Shown here piece by piece: positions 12,801 to 27,821 of a stretch of DNA of 64,000 nucleotides. Location of the stretch: positions 5,022,001 through 5,086,000 of the forward strand of contig OZ024749.1 of the NCBI GenBank assembly GCA_964016885.1. The letters are read 5' to 3'. Below the pieces are notes generated by a model. That model was not told the DNA's origin. It saw only the letters and a program-made list of their open reading frames with translations, and searched no databases. How positions within the stretch are numbered: position 1 is the first letter of the stretch; the number at the start of each line of letters is the position of its first letter. Source of the DNA: Eledone cirrhosa. Its lineage: Eukaryota. The translations under genes were made by a program, and so were the position numbers.

Positions 12801-15800
12801 AATGTTCATAGAAAAAGCATATAACGATATGTGCTTTTACGATTCTCTAGAGAGGCCGGAAGATAGGTAAATATTGCTGATGAGTTGTAACAACAACGAA
12901 ACTAGTTCAATATTCCTTGTCTGGCTTTCTGGAGAATAGAGGAAAGGTGTTTCCTCAAAAACCAGTATGACTCTAAAAACCGGTTTGTCTGTGTGTTTAC
13001 ATACAGAATAGCTGGCCACTCACAGTAAAGTGACCAGTGAAAAAACTTTATAAAAAAAAAAAAACTTGGTACATCTACATATGTATACGTGTGTGTATTC
13101 ATATACATACTAGTATTTCAGTATACATATATGGATGTACATCTTTAACTTAATTGTTTAAGCGTCAGTCATACAAAAGTGAGTTACAAACGAAGCGAAA
13201 TTTAATTTCGTTTCGTTATTTGTTTTTATCGTCTCCGTTGAACCGGTACTTACTCACACTCTATGCAAATTAGTCTGCCCACTACTAATGTTCATAGAAA
13301 AAGCATATAACGATATGTGCTTTTACGATTCTCTAGAGAGGCCGGAAGATAGGTAAATATTGCTGATGAGTTGTAACAACAACGAAACTAGTTCAATATT
13401 CCTTGTCTGGCTTTCTGGAGAATAGAGGAAAGGTGTTTCCTCAAAAACCAGTATGACTCTAAAAACCGGTTTGTCTGTGTGTTTACATACAGAATAGCTG
13501 GCCACTCACAGTAAAGTGACCAGTGAAAAAACTTTATAAAAAAAAAAAAACTTGGTACATCTACATATGTATACGTGTGTGTATTCATATACATACTAGT
13601 ATTTCAGTATACATATATGGATGTACATCTTTAACTTAATTGTTTAAGCGTCAGTCATACAAAAGTGAGTTACAAACGAAGCGAAATTTAATTTCGTTTC
13701 GTTATTTGTTTTTATCGTCTCCGTTGAACCGGTACTTACTCACACTCTATGCAAATTAGTCTGCCCACTACTAATGTTCATAGAAAAAGCATATAACGAT
13801 ATGTGCTTTTACGATTCTCTAGAGAGGCCGGAAGATAGGTAAATATTGCTGATGAGTTGTAACAACAACGAAACTAGTTCAATATTCCTTGTCTGGCTTT
13901 CTGGAGAATAGAGGAAAGGTGTTTCCTCAAAAACCAGTATGACTCTAAAAACCGGTTTGTCTGTGTGTTTACATACAGAATAGCTGGCCACTCACAGTAA
14001 AGTGACCAGTGAAAAAACTTTATAAAAAAAAAAAAACTTGGTACATCTACATATGTATACGTGTGTGTATTCATATACATACTAGTATTTCAGTATACAT
14101 ATATGGATGTACATCTTTAACTTAATTGTTTAAGCGTCAGTCATACAAAAGTGAGTTACAAACGAAGCGAAATTTAATTTCGTTTCGTTATTTGTTTTTA
14201 TCGTCTCCGTTGAACCGGTACTTACTCACACTCTATGCAAATTAGTCTGCCCACTACTAATGTTCATAGAAAAAGCATATAACGATATGTGCTTTTACGA
14301 TTCTCTAGAGAGGCCGGAAGATAGGTAAATATTGCTGATGAGTTGTAACAACAACGAAACTAGTTCAATATTCCTTGTCTGGCTTTCTGGAGAATAGAGG
14401 AAAGGTGTTTCCTCAAAAACCAGTATGACTCTAAAAACCGGTTTGTCTGTGTGTTTACATACAGAATAGCTGGCCACTCACAGTAAAGTGACCAGTGAAA
14501 AAACTTTATAAAAAAAAAAAAACTTGGTACATCTACATATGTATACGTGTGTGTATTCATATACATACTAGTATTTCAGTATACATATATGGATGTACAT
14601 CTTTAACTTAATTGTTTAAGCGTCAGTCATACAAAAGTGAGTTACAAACGAAGCGAAATTTAATTTCGTTTCGTTATTTGTTTTTATCGTCTCCGTTGAA
14701 CCGGTACTTACTCACACTCTATGCAAATTAGTCTGCCCACTACTAATGTTCATAGAAAAAGCATATAACGATATGTGCTTTTACGATTCTCTAGAGAGGC
14801 CGGAAGATAGGTAAATATTGCTGATGAGTTGTAACAACAACGAAACTAGTTCAATATTCCTTGTCTGGCTTTCTGGAGAATAGAGGAAAGGTGTTTCCTC
14901 AAAAACCAGTATGACTCTAAAAACCGGTTTGTCTGTGTGTTTACATACAGAATAGCTGGCCACTCACAGTAAAGTGACCAGTGAAAAAACTTTATAAAAA
15001 AAAAAAAACTTGGTACATCTACATATGTATACGTGTGTGTATTCATATACATACTAGTATTTCAGTATACATATATGGATGTACATCTTTAACTTAATTG
15101 TTTAAGCGTCAGTCATACAAAAGTGAGTTACAAACGAAGCGAAATTTAATTTCGTTTCGTTATTTGTTTTTATCGTCTCCGTTGAACCGGTACTTACTCA
15201 CACTCTATGCAAATTAGTCTGCCCACTACTAATGTTCATAGAAAAAGCATATAACGATATGTGCTTTTACGATTCTCTAGAGAGGCCGGAAGATAGGTAA
15301 ATATTGCTGATGAGTTGTAACAACAACGAAACTAGTTCAATATTCCTTGTCTGGCTTTCTGGAGAATAGAGGAAAGGTGTTTCCTCAAAAACCAGTATGA
15401 CTCTAAAAACCGGTTTGTCTGTGTGTTTACATACAGAATAGCTGGCCACTCACAGTAAAGTGACCAGTGAAAAAACTTTATAAAAAAAAAAAAACTTGGT
15501 ACATCTACATATGTATACGTGTGTGTATTCATATACATACTAGTATTTCAGTATACATATATGGATGTACATCTTTAACTTAATTGTTTAAGCGTCAGTC
15601 ATACAAAAGTGAGTTACAAACGAAGCGAAATTTAATTTCGTTTCGTTATTTGTTTTTATCGTCTCCGTTGAACCGGTACTTACTCACACTCTATGCAAAT
15701 TAGTCTGCCCACTACTAATGTTCATAGAAAAAGCATATAACGATATGTGCTTTTACGATTCTCTAGAGAGGCCGGAAGATAGGTAAATATTGCTGATGAG

Positions 15801-18800
15801 TTGTAACAACAACGAAACTAGTTCAATATTCCTTGTCTGGCTTTCTGGAGAATAGAGGAAAGGTGTTTCCTCAAAAACCAGTATGACTCTAAAAACCGGT
15901 TTGTCTGTGTGTTTACATACAGAATAGCTGGCCACTCACAGTAAAGTGACCAGTGAAAAAACTTTATAAAAAAAAAAAAACTTGGTACATCTACATATGT
16001 ATACGTGTGTGTATTCATATACATACTAGTATTTCAGTATACATATATGGATGTACATCTTTAACTTAATTGTTTAAGCGTCAGTCATACAAAAGTGAGT
16101 TACAAACGAAGCGAAATTTAATTTCGTTTCGTTATTTGTTTTTATCGTCTCCGTTGAACCGGTACTTACTCACACTCTATGCAAATTAGTCTGCCCACTA
16201 CTAATGTTCATAGAAAAAGCATATAACGATATGTGCTTTTACGATTCTCTAGAGAGGCCGGAAGATAGGTAAATATTGCTGATGAGTTGTAACAACAACG
16301 AAACTAGTTCAATATTCCTTGTCTGGCTTTCTGGTGAATAGAGGAAAGGTGTTTCCTCAAAAACCAGTATGACTCTAAAAACCGGTTTGTCTGTGTGTTT
16401 ACATACAGAATAGCTGGCCACTCACAGTAAAGTGACCAGTGAAAAAACTTTATAAAAAAAAAAAAACTTGGTACATCTACATATGTATACGTGTGTGTAT
16501 TCATATACATACTAGTATTTCAGTATACATATATGGATGTACATCTTTAACTTAATTGTTTAAGCGTCAGTCATACAAAAGTGAGTTACAAACGAAGCGA
16601 AATTTAATTTCGTTTCGTTATTTGTTTTTATCGTCTCCGTTGAACCGGTACTTACTCACACTCTATGCAAATTAGTCTGCCCACTACTAATGTTCATAGA
16701 AAAAGCATATAACGATATGTGCTTTTACGATTCTCTAGAGAGGCCGGAAGATAGGTAAATATTGCTGATGAGTTGTAACAACAACGAAACTAGTTCAATA
16801 TTCCTTGTCTGGCTTTCTGGAGAATAGAGGAAAGGTGTTTCCTCAAAAACCAGTATGACTCTAAAAACCGGTTTGTCTGTGTGTTTACATACAGAATAGC
16901 TGGCCACTCACAGTAAAGTGACCAGTGAAAAAACTTTATAAAAAAAAAAAAAACTTGGTACATCTACATATGTATACGTGTGTGTATTCATATACATACT
17001 AGTATTTCAGTATACATATATGGATGTACATCTTTAACTTAATTGTTTAAGCGTCAGTCATACAAAAGTGAGTTACAAACGAAGCGAAATTTAATTTCGT
17101 TTCGTTATTTGTTTTTATCGTCTCCGTTGAACCGGTACTTACTCACACTCTATGCAAATTAGTCTGCCCACTACTAATGTTCATAGAAAAAGCATATAAC
17201 GATATGTGCTTTTACGATTCTCTAGAGAGGCCGGAAGATAGGTAAATATTGCTGATGAGTTGTAACAACAACGAAACTAGTTCAATATTCCTTGTCTGGC
17301 TTTCTGGAGAATAGAGGAAAGGTGTTTCCTCAAAAACCAGTATGACTCTAAAAACCGGTTTGTCTGTGTGTTTACATACAGAATAGCTGGCCACTCACAG
17401 TAAAGTGACCAGTGAAAAAACTTTATAAAAAAAAAAAAACTTGGTACATCTACATATGTATACGTGTGTGTATTCATATACATACTAGTATTTCAGTATA
17501 CATATATGGATGTACATCTTTAACTTAATTGTTTAAGCGTCAGTCATACAAAAGTGAGTTACAAACGAAGCGAAATTTAATTTCGTTTCGTTATTTGTTT
17601 TTATCGTCTCCGTTGAACCGGTACTTACTCACACTCTATGCAAATTAGTCTGCCCACTACTAATGTTCATAGAAAAAGCATATAACGATATGTGCTTTTA
17701 CGATTCTCTAGAGAGGCCGGAAGATAGGTAAATATTGCTGATGAGTTGTAACAACAACGAAACTAGTTCAATATTCCTTGTCTGGCTTTCTGGAGAATAG
17801 AGGAAAGGTGTTTCCTCAAAAACCAGTATGACTCTAAAAACCGGTTTGTCTGTGTGTTTACATACAGAATAGCTGGCCACTCACAGTAAAGTGACCAGTG
17901 AAAAAACTTTATAAAAAAAAAAAAACTTGGTACATCTACATATGTATACGTGTGTGTATTCATATACATACTAGTATTTCAGTATACATATATGGATGTA
18001 CATCTTTAACTTAATTGTTTAAGCGTCAGTCATACAAAAGTGAGTTACAAACGAAGCGAAATTTAATTTCGTTTCGTTATTTGTTTTTATCGTCTCCGTT
18101 GAACCGGTACTTACTCACACTCTATGCAAATTAGTCTGCCCACTACTAATGTTCATAGAAAAAGCATATAACGATATGTGCTTTTACGATTCTCTAGAGA
18201 GGCCGGAAGATAGGTAAATATTGCTGATGAGTTGTAACAACAACGAAACTAGTTCAATATTCCTTGTCTGGCTTTCTGGAGAATAGAGGAAAGGTGTTTC
18301 CTCAAAAACCAGTATGACTCTAAAAACCGGTTTGTCTGTGTGTTTACATACAGAATAGCTGGCCACTCACAGTAAAGTGACCAGTGAAAAAACTTTATAA
18401 AAAAAAAAAAACTTGGTACATCTACATATGTATACGTGTGTGTATTCATATACATACTAGTATTTCAGTATACATATATGGATGTACATCTTTAACTTAA
18501 TTGTTTAAGCGTCAGTCATACAAAAGTGAGTTACAAACGAAGCGAAATTTAATTTCGTTTCGTTATTTGTTTTTATCGTCTCCGTTGAACCGGTACTTAC
18601 TCACACTCTATGCAAATTAGTCTGCCCACTACTAATGTTCATAGAAAAAGCATATAACGATATGTGCTTTTACGATTCTCTAGAGAGGCCGGAAGATAGG
18701 TAAATATTGCTGATGAGTTGTAACAACAACGAAACTAGTTCAATATTCCTTGTCTGGCTTTCTGGAGAATAGAGGAAAGGTGTTTCCTCAAAAACCAGTA

Positions 18801-21422
18801 TGACTCTAAAAACCGGTTTGTCTGTGTGTTTACATACAGAATAGCTGGCCACTCACAGTAAAGTGACCAGTGAAAAAACTTTATAAAAAAAAAAAAACTT
18901 GGTACATCTACATATGGATACGTGTGTGTATTCATATACATACTAGTATTTCAGTATACATATATGGATGTACATCTTTAACTTAATTGTTTAAGCGTCA
19001 GTCATACAAAAGTGAGTTACAAACGAAGCGAAATTTAATTTCGTTTCGTTATTTGTTTTTATCGTCTCCGTTGAACCGGTACTTACTCACACTCTATGCA
19101 AATTAGTCTGCCCACTACTAATGTTCATAGAAAAAGCATATAACGATATGTGCTTTTACGATTCTCTAGAGAGGCCGGAAGATAGGTAAATATTGCTGAT
19201 GAGTTGTAACAACAACGAAACTAGTTCAATATTCCTTGTCTGGCTTTCTGGAGAATAGAGGAAAGGTGTTTCCTCAAAAACCAGTATGACTCTAAAAACC
19301 GGTTTGTCTGTGTGTTTACATACAGAATAGCTGGCCACTCACAGTAAAGTGACCAGTGAAAAAACTTTATAAAAAAAAAAAAACTTGGTACATCTACATA
19401 TGTATACGTGTGTGTATTCATATACATACTAGTATTTCAGTATACATATATGGATGTACATCTTTAACTTAATTGTTTAAGCGTCAGTCATACAAAAGTG
19501 AGTTACAAACGAAGCGAAATTTAATTTCGTTTCGTTATTTGTTTTTATCGTCTCCGTTGAACCGGTACTTACTCACACTCTATGCAAATTAGTCTGCCCA
19601 CTACTAATGTTCATAGAAAAAGCATATAACGATATGTGCTTTTACGATTCTCTAGAGAGGCCGGAAGATAGGTAAATATTGCTGATGAGTTGTAACAACA
19701 ACGAAACTAGTTCAATATTCCTTGTCTGGCTTTCTGGAGAATAGAGGAAAGGTGTTTCCTCAAAAACCAGTATGACTCTAAAAACCGGTTTGTCTGTGTG
19801 TTTACATACAGAATAGCTGGCCACTCACAGTAAAGTGACCAGTGAAAAAACTTTATAAAAAAAAAAAAACTTGGTACATCTACATATGTATACGTGTGTG
19901 TATTCATATACATACTAGTATTTCAGTATACATATATGGATGTACATCTTTAACTTAATTGTTTAAGCGTCAGTCATACAAAAGTGAGTTACAAACGAAG
20001 CGAAATTTAATTTCGTTTCGTTATTTGTTTTTATCGTCTCCGTTGAACCGGTACTTACTCACACTCTATGCAAATTAGTCTGCCCACTACTAATGTTCAT
20101 AGAAAAAGCATATAACGATATGTGCTTTTACGATTCTCTAGAGAGGCCGGAAGATAGGTAAATATTGCTGATGAGTTGTAACAACAACGAAACTAGTTCA
20201 ATATTCCTTGTCTGGCTTTCTGGAGAATAGAGGAAAGGTGTTTCCTCAAAAACCAGTATGACTCTAAAAACCGGTTTGTCTGTGTGTTTACATACAGAAT
20301 AGCTGGCCACTCACAGTAAAGTGACCAGTGAAAAAACTTTATAAAAAAAAAAAAACTTGGTACATCTACATATGTATACGTGTGTGTATTCATATACATA
20401 CTAGTATTTCAGTATACATATATGGATGTACATCTTTAACTTAATTGTTTAAGCGTCAGTCATACAAAAGTGAGTTACAAACGAAGCGAAATTTAATTTC
20501 GTTTCGTTATTTGTTTTTATCGTCTCCGTTGAACCGGTACTTACTCACACTCTATGCAAATTAGTCTGCCCACTACTAATGTTCATAGAAAAAGCATATA
20601 ACGATATGTGCTTTTACGATTCTCTAGAGAGGCCGGAAGATAGGTAAATATTGCTGATGAGTTGTAACAACAACGAAACTAGTTCAATATTCCTTGTCTG
20701 GCTTTCTGGAGAATAGAGGAAAGGTGTTTCCTCAAAAACCAGTATGACTCTAAAAACCGGTTTGTCTGTGTGTTTACATACAGAATAGCTGGCCACTCAC
20801 AGTAAAGTGACCAGTGAAAAAACTTTATAAAAAAAAAAAAACTTGGTACATCTACATATGTATACGTGTGTGTATTCATATACATACTAGTATTTCAGTA
20901 TACATATATGGATGTACATCTTTAACTTAATTGTTTAAGCGTCAGTCATACAAAAGTGAGTTACAAACGAAGCGAAATTTAATTTCGTTTCGTTATTTGT
21001 TTTTATCGTCTCCGTTGAACCGGTACTTACTCACACTCTATGCAAATTAGTCTGCCCACTACTAATGTTCATAGAAAAAGCATATAACGATATGTGCTTT
21101 TACGATTCTCTAGAGAGGCCGGAAGATAGGTAAATATTGCTGATGAGTTGTAACAACAACGAAACTAGTTCAATATTCCTTGTCTGGCTTTCTGGAGAAT
21201 AGAGGAAAGGTGTTTCCTCAAAAACCAGTATGACTCTAAAAACCGGTTTGTCTGTGTGTTTACATACAGAATAGCTGGCCACTCACAGTAAAGTGACCAG
21301 TGAAAAAACTTTATAAAAAAAAAAAAACTTGGTACATCTACATATGTATACGTGTGTGTATTCATATACATACTAGTATTTCAGTATACATATATGGATG
21401 TACATCTTTAACTTAATTGTTT
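6840..21422 (+). repeat. Tandem array of 30 x 486-bp hammerhead-containing units (retrozyme-like satellite)
   Basis: Period 486 (aagcgtcag at 6840, 7326, ...). 14583 bp = 30x486 + 3 extra A's (units 2, 10, 21). Only three substitutions noticed (8936, 16335, 18917). Flanked by (TA)n on both sides. Confidence 0.97.
7036..7080 (+). ncRNA. Type I hammerhead ribozyme of the array unit (first of 30; last at 21133-21177)
   Basis: Helix I aatattg/caatatt (7 bp), CTGATGA 7043-7049, helix II gttg-taacaa-caac, GAAA 7064-7067, palindromic CTAG, GUU cleavage triplet 7071-7073. Confidence 0.9.
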
Positions 21423-21443
21423 ATATATATATATATATACACA

Positions 21444-21603
<160 letters not shown>

Positions 21604-22526
21604 CAACAAAAGGGGTGCATTGGCCAAATTCATACACCTAATATACAACTCTACATAAGCTCCGTATATAAACTTCGTAAGCAGAAATCTCTAATTGCAT
21701 ATCTTCACATTTTACAGGCCCTCTCTATTTCCCCTTCTCCGGCGAGATTCTTATTCTATCCCTTCCTTAAACAACATCATTTGTTCTTTTTCATGCCTTA
21801 ATGAAAATTCATTATATTTCAAACGTTAACGCCAGACCATCAGGGATAATTTCCTCGTTTCGACTCATTAAAATGGGATTTATTGAAAACGTTCAAGTAC
21901 TCTGACCTTCCTCATTTAACTCGGCAATGAAAACAAAAAAAATAAAAATACAAATACAAGACTATTTACTGCATCGATCGTCTGATCGTAGACTGATCGT
22001 TAAAGTAAATTATTCTTCGTAGTAGTGATCGCTGTGTTGCAAGAAACTTCATTAATTCTATGTACGGATTAATTTTTATTGCAGGTATTCAATGTGTAAA
22101 TGGCGTTTCAATTTGCATGGCATTATGCAAATACTACATCGCCATATAACTGAAGACAAGCTCTCTCGCAATGCGAAAGCATTACATAGATAAATTCAAC
22201 TTTTAGACAACAGCGTATTATTGAACTAAACCGATAATAGAGCAATAAATTAAATATTTCGCATGATTTATTGATATATAGAATGCCTTGATAGTTTCCA
22301 TTATGGCTAAATTGTCTGCGTTTTAACATAATTCTGTTTAACAATGCAAGAGTTATGTAGGAATCAAAAGCAATGAATGAACACTTTGATTTGATTAGAT
22401 ACGTGTGTCATTTGGAACTTTGTGTAGGCTGTGTTTATGGTATAAACAAATTGAAGTCCTAGAAGAACCGAAGGAAGACTAACTCTTCACTGTAAATGGT
22501 GTGTAATATATGTTAGAGAGTAGGGT

Positions 22527-22715
22527 GCTGGATTAGCGGAAATATTCGAGCGTCGGATAAAATGATTTACGGAATTCAGTTACGTAAATTTACGTTCAAA
22601 TGATGCTGAGGTCAACTTGGCTTTTGATCATTTCAACAAAAAATAAACACCAGTACTGTGTTAGATATAATTCTGTTTCTCTTCCCCACAAATTGCTGCA
22701 ATTGTGGCTACATTA
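22527..22715 (+). mobile_element. Diverged SINE family A copy
   Basis: gagcgtcggataaaatg...gttcaaat...gaggtcaacttggcttttgatc...accagt...aaattgctg. Confidence 0.5.
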
Positions 22716-23090
22716 GAATATTACAAATCAATACACATTACATTGCAATAACAATGTAGCTGTTACCCGTGAGGTTGCTAGTTTAATGAGAACATATATT
22801 GGGTGTATTGTACCAGCTGTGCACCATTATGGTAACTATTAAGATTTTGCTACAAGCAATAGTAGCTGAGATGGAACGGAGAGTTCTCTATTGCAAAACC
22901 TTGCTGTTTCAATTGTAGATATTATTAGAAAAATTTCAAGAATTGACCTGTCGACAACTGCAATCACTGAGAAAGCAACATATCATCTTGAAAAAGATGC
23001 CCCAGAAAATTGTAAAAATCCTTAGTTTTACAGGTATAATCATACAAATAATTATTTACCGAGAGATTCCATGCATAGAGTAGTTTCATA

Positions 23091-23136
<46 letters not shown>

Positions 23137-23294
23137 CCCCCCCTCCGCAATATATATATATATGGCGTAGGCGGGGGTGGTCTATATATATATATAAGAG
23201 ATATGAAACTACTGTATGCATGGAATATATATATATATATAGTAATTTTGCTTATATGTATATATATATACATATATATATATATAAATATAAA

Positions 23295-24509
<1,215 letters not shown>

Positions 24510-24806
24510 TCATCATATATCATGCTGTTGCTGTGCATATGAGGTTGCCATTTTACGGACATTGCTTACTTAATCATTTCTATATTCTCTGAAATACAAA
24601 CAGAGTTTGTCATTATCTCCTAAAGGCAATGTTCAGAATATGATGTATATATAGAGATCTATATGTGAATAATGGATATTGAGCAACCTATCTACTATTA
24701 TTTATTTTTCTTCCGTTTCTTTAATTCTTCATAGCAGCACGTGTCAAAAGAATAAACTGACTTTATTTAACGTATCCATTCCTGCGTAATATATATATAT
24801 TATATA

Positions 24807-24858
<52 letters not shown>

Positions 24859-24910
24859 GTCTTTGTATTGTCCCTTGTGGCTAATAAATGAAATCATTAT
24901 TATTATTAAA

Positions 24911-25095
24911 GGCGGTGGATTGGCAGTATTGGGAGAGGGTCGGACGCCATGCTTTGACGTATAGAGTTACGGCCCTTGCCATTCTGAGTTCAAATCCCGC
25001 CGAGGTTAACTTTGCCTTTCATCCTTACGGGGTCGATAAAATAAAGTACCAGTAATGCACTGGTCAATTGCTGGCCTTGTGCCTAACGTAGAACA

Positions 25096-25098
<3 letters not shown>
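24911..25098 (+). mobile_element. tRNA-derived SINE family A
   Basis: Full head, B-box GAGTTCAAATCCC, body and (ATT)n tail. Confidence 0.88.
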
Positions 25099-25128
<30 letters not shown>

Positions 25129-25130
<2 letters not shown>

Positions 25131-27821
25131 AGTTGCATTTATCTTGCTTTATGTTCATACGAGTTATCACCAAGTCATAACCAGTGACCTCAAGAGACAA
25201 CAAGGTCCGCTATGTTCAAGAAAGAACATACATATTCACACATGCATCTTTAGTGTTTAGACTTGTGATGTACTTATATTGACAGAATCTTCCTTAGTAT
25301 ATGGGCAGTTCCCATTAGTACTATCTTTTGTATTTCTCCTATACGCGGGTTTCCTGGGATTTGCGATAAGTAGTCATTAGACCCCTTAGGTATCATTCCC
25401 AGAGCGCCTACAACCACTGGTATTGTTTTAGTTCTCAATTTCCACATTTTTCCAATTTCTATCTCCAGGTCCTTATAGTTGCTCAATTTTTCAAATGTTT
25501 TTATAGATACATTCTTGTCTATTGGAACAGACATATCAATTAGCAGGCATACCCTCTTTTTAAAGTCCTTCAATATTATATCAGGTCTATTTGCATCTAT
25601 TTTTCGGTCTGTTTGGATGCTAAAGTTCCACTAGATTGAGATGTGATCTTTTTCAAGTATGGGAGGTGGTTGATGCTCCCACCAATTCTTTTGATGGGGC
25701 AGGTCAAAATGCTTACACATTATCCAATGTATGTATTGTGCAGCTCTGTCATGCCTGTTTAGGTATTCGGTTCGAGCTATAGGACTGCACATTGAAATTA
25801 TATGGTCAATGGTCTCTGGTTGTTTTTTTCATACACGGCATAATGGGCTGCACCCATTTTTTATTATGTTGGCTTGGTAATTTTTTGTTGGCAGACACTG
25901 ATCTTGTGCCGATATAATCAGTCCTTCAGTCTCCGATTTCAGTCCAGAGGATACCAACCACTGAGGGGTTAAAGTTTTGTCAACATCAGGATTGTTAGCT
26001 CGCTCTGGGTATTTTCCATACAGAGGCTTTTCTTGCCATTTCTTAGTCAGTTTCTGTAGCAGTTCTTTCTTTGCAGTTACTTTTACCTGCTTTGCTTTTC
26101 CTGTGTTTTCCATTTCAGCAGTAAATGGGACTTCTGAAATGTGTAGTCCATTACTGTATCTTTGTGCATCTTTTGTAATGGAATATGATCTTTTGATGCT
26201 TTCGTGTTTCAAAACGAGTTTGATCATCCAATCATGTGATTCCCTTAGATATGTAGATAATCCAATTGTTGCAGTTTTCAACGCAATGTCTAACTGGATT
26301 AACCCACGTCCTCCTTCTTTCCTAGGGAGATATATTATATCTATATCTGCCTTAGGGTGATGCATTCTGTGCATGGTTAAGAATTTTCGAATTTTTGTAT
26401 CGAGCCTACGGATCTCTGTGCTTGACCAGTTGATGACATTGTAACTGTAGGTTACTACTGGTATGGCAAGCGTGTTTATGGCATCGATCCTATTCCTTGC
26501 ATTCAATTCCGTTCTTAAGATTGCTCTTACTCTGCGGTAACATTCCTTCCTTATCCTTTCCTTCATTGTCGAGTGCTTGATTCCGTCTCCTTCACAAACA
26601 CCTAGATATTTGTAAGTTTTTTCTTGATCAAGTTCTCTTATCACGTTCCCCCGATCAAGATTAATGTCTGAACTCTTCAGCAGCTTTCCTCTGGTGAACG
26701 TTGCTTTGGCGCATTTATCTAGTCCAAACTCCATTTTAATGTCATCACTGAACTGATTCATCATTTTTTGCAAATAATTTCAGGTCATCCATGTAGAACA
26801 GGTGATTAATGGTTTTGTCATAGACTTTATATCCATGTTTTGTTTCATTGAGCATTTTACTTAATGGTATAAGTGCGATGCAGAATAAAAGCGGTGATAA
26901 AGAGTCATCCTGAAAAATTCCACAATTAATATTAACTTCTCCAGCTTCCAGTGATTTTGTTTCACTATTCAAAAGGAGTGTCGTTTTCCATGTCTTCATA
27001 CTGAATGACAAAAACCTCCTGACAACGGGGGATATTTTGAAAATCTCTAAACATTTTTCAATCCAACTGTGTGGCAAACTATCGAATGCTTTTTTATAAT
27101 CTATCCAAGCAATCGATAGATTTTTGTGTCTATTATGACAATCTTCCAGTATCATTTTGTTAACCAGAAGCTGATCCTTACAGCCATATGAGCCTCGTTT
27201 ACACCCTTTCTGCTCAATGGGAAATAGATCATTTGTTATCAGGTGGTCATATGTGTATTCAGTTAGGACTGATGTTAAAATTTTATACATTGTGGTCAAG
27301 CAAGTTATCGGTCTGTAATTTTTGGGATTGTTTGTCTCATCATTCTTCGGAAGCAGGAATGTAATGCCGTTAACTAGCCATGATGGTATCTTTTCTGGCT
27401 CCTTAATTTTTTCATTGTAAAGTTGGGCTAACAGCTCATGAGACTCTGTGAAGCCATTTATCCAAAAGTTTTGTATTTTGTCTTTTCCTGGGGATTTCCA
27501 TTTGCTGGTTTTTCTTAGAGCCAAGCGCAACTGTTCAACTGTTATATTTTCCCATGTTTGTTCCTCAAGGTGAGCTGTATCTTTCATTTGTCTGTCTATC
27601 CATGGGGCATGTATGTTATGAACTTTTTCTTCGGCCCAGATCTTTTCCCAGAATTCTTGCACTTCCTCCTTGGGTGGTATTGATTTAGCAGTTATTTTTG
27701 ACTTACCAATTTTTCTGTAGAAGTTTCTTTGGTTGTTTTTGAACATATTATTGTCCTTATAGAATCTAGATCGTTTTTCAAAGCGCCTTATACGAGCAGC
27801 TTTGGCCGACACTTTTTGCTG
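25129..27821 (-). mobile_element. 5'-truncated Dong/R4-clade LINE (RT + CCHC + RLE endonuclease) inserted in (TAA)n
   Basis: RT motifs NYRPITCL, WIDYKKAFDS, GIFQDDSLSPLLF, HLFYMDDLKL, YKYLG. Zinc knuckle starts at CRV. RLE region IDMSVP..EKLSNY..PVVVGALG. (AAT)n tail at ~25096-25128 and (ATT)n upstream. Confidence 0.93.
25274..27812 (-). pseudogene. Frameshifted RT-RLE polyprotein (ORF pieces 26745-27812, 25829-26773, 25274-25573)
   Basis: Consecutive ORF-track fragments give RT, thumb and RLE domains, with frameshift/stop lesions. Confidence 0.9.

Noticed and set aside
7003-21371. Repeated 60-aa and 68-aa minus-strand ORFs in the array
   Set aside because: No recognisable domain, and the 68-aa frame is broken by A-tract indels in three units. 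The ribozyme and G-U-containing stems point to plus-strand RNA function.
6840-21422. CRISPR array or snRNA/5S/SL-RNA gene cluster
   Set aside because: Units are identical end to end (no spacers) and there are no cas genes. I recognise no U-snRNA, 5S or tRNA sequence in the unit.
22150-22185. CTGAAGA...GAAAGCATTA motif
   Set aside because: No convincing helix I or II; probably chance.
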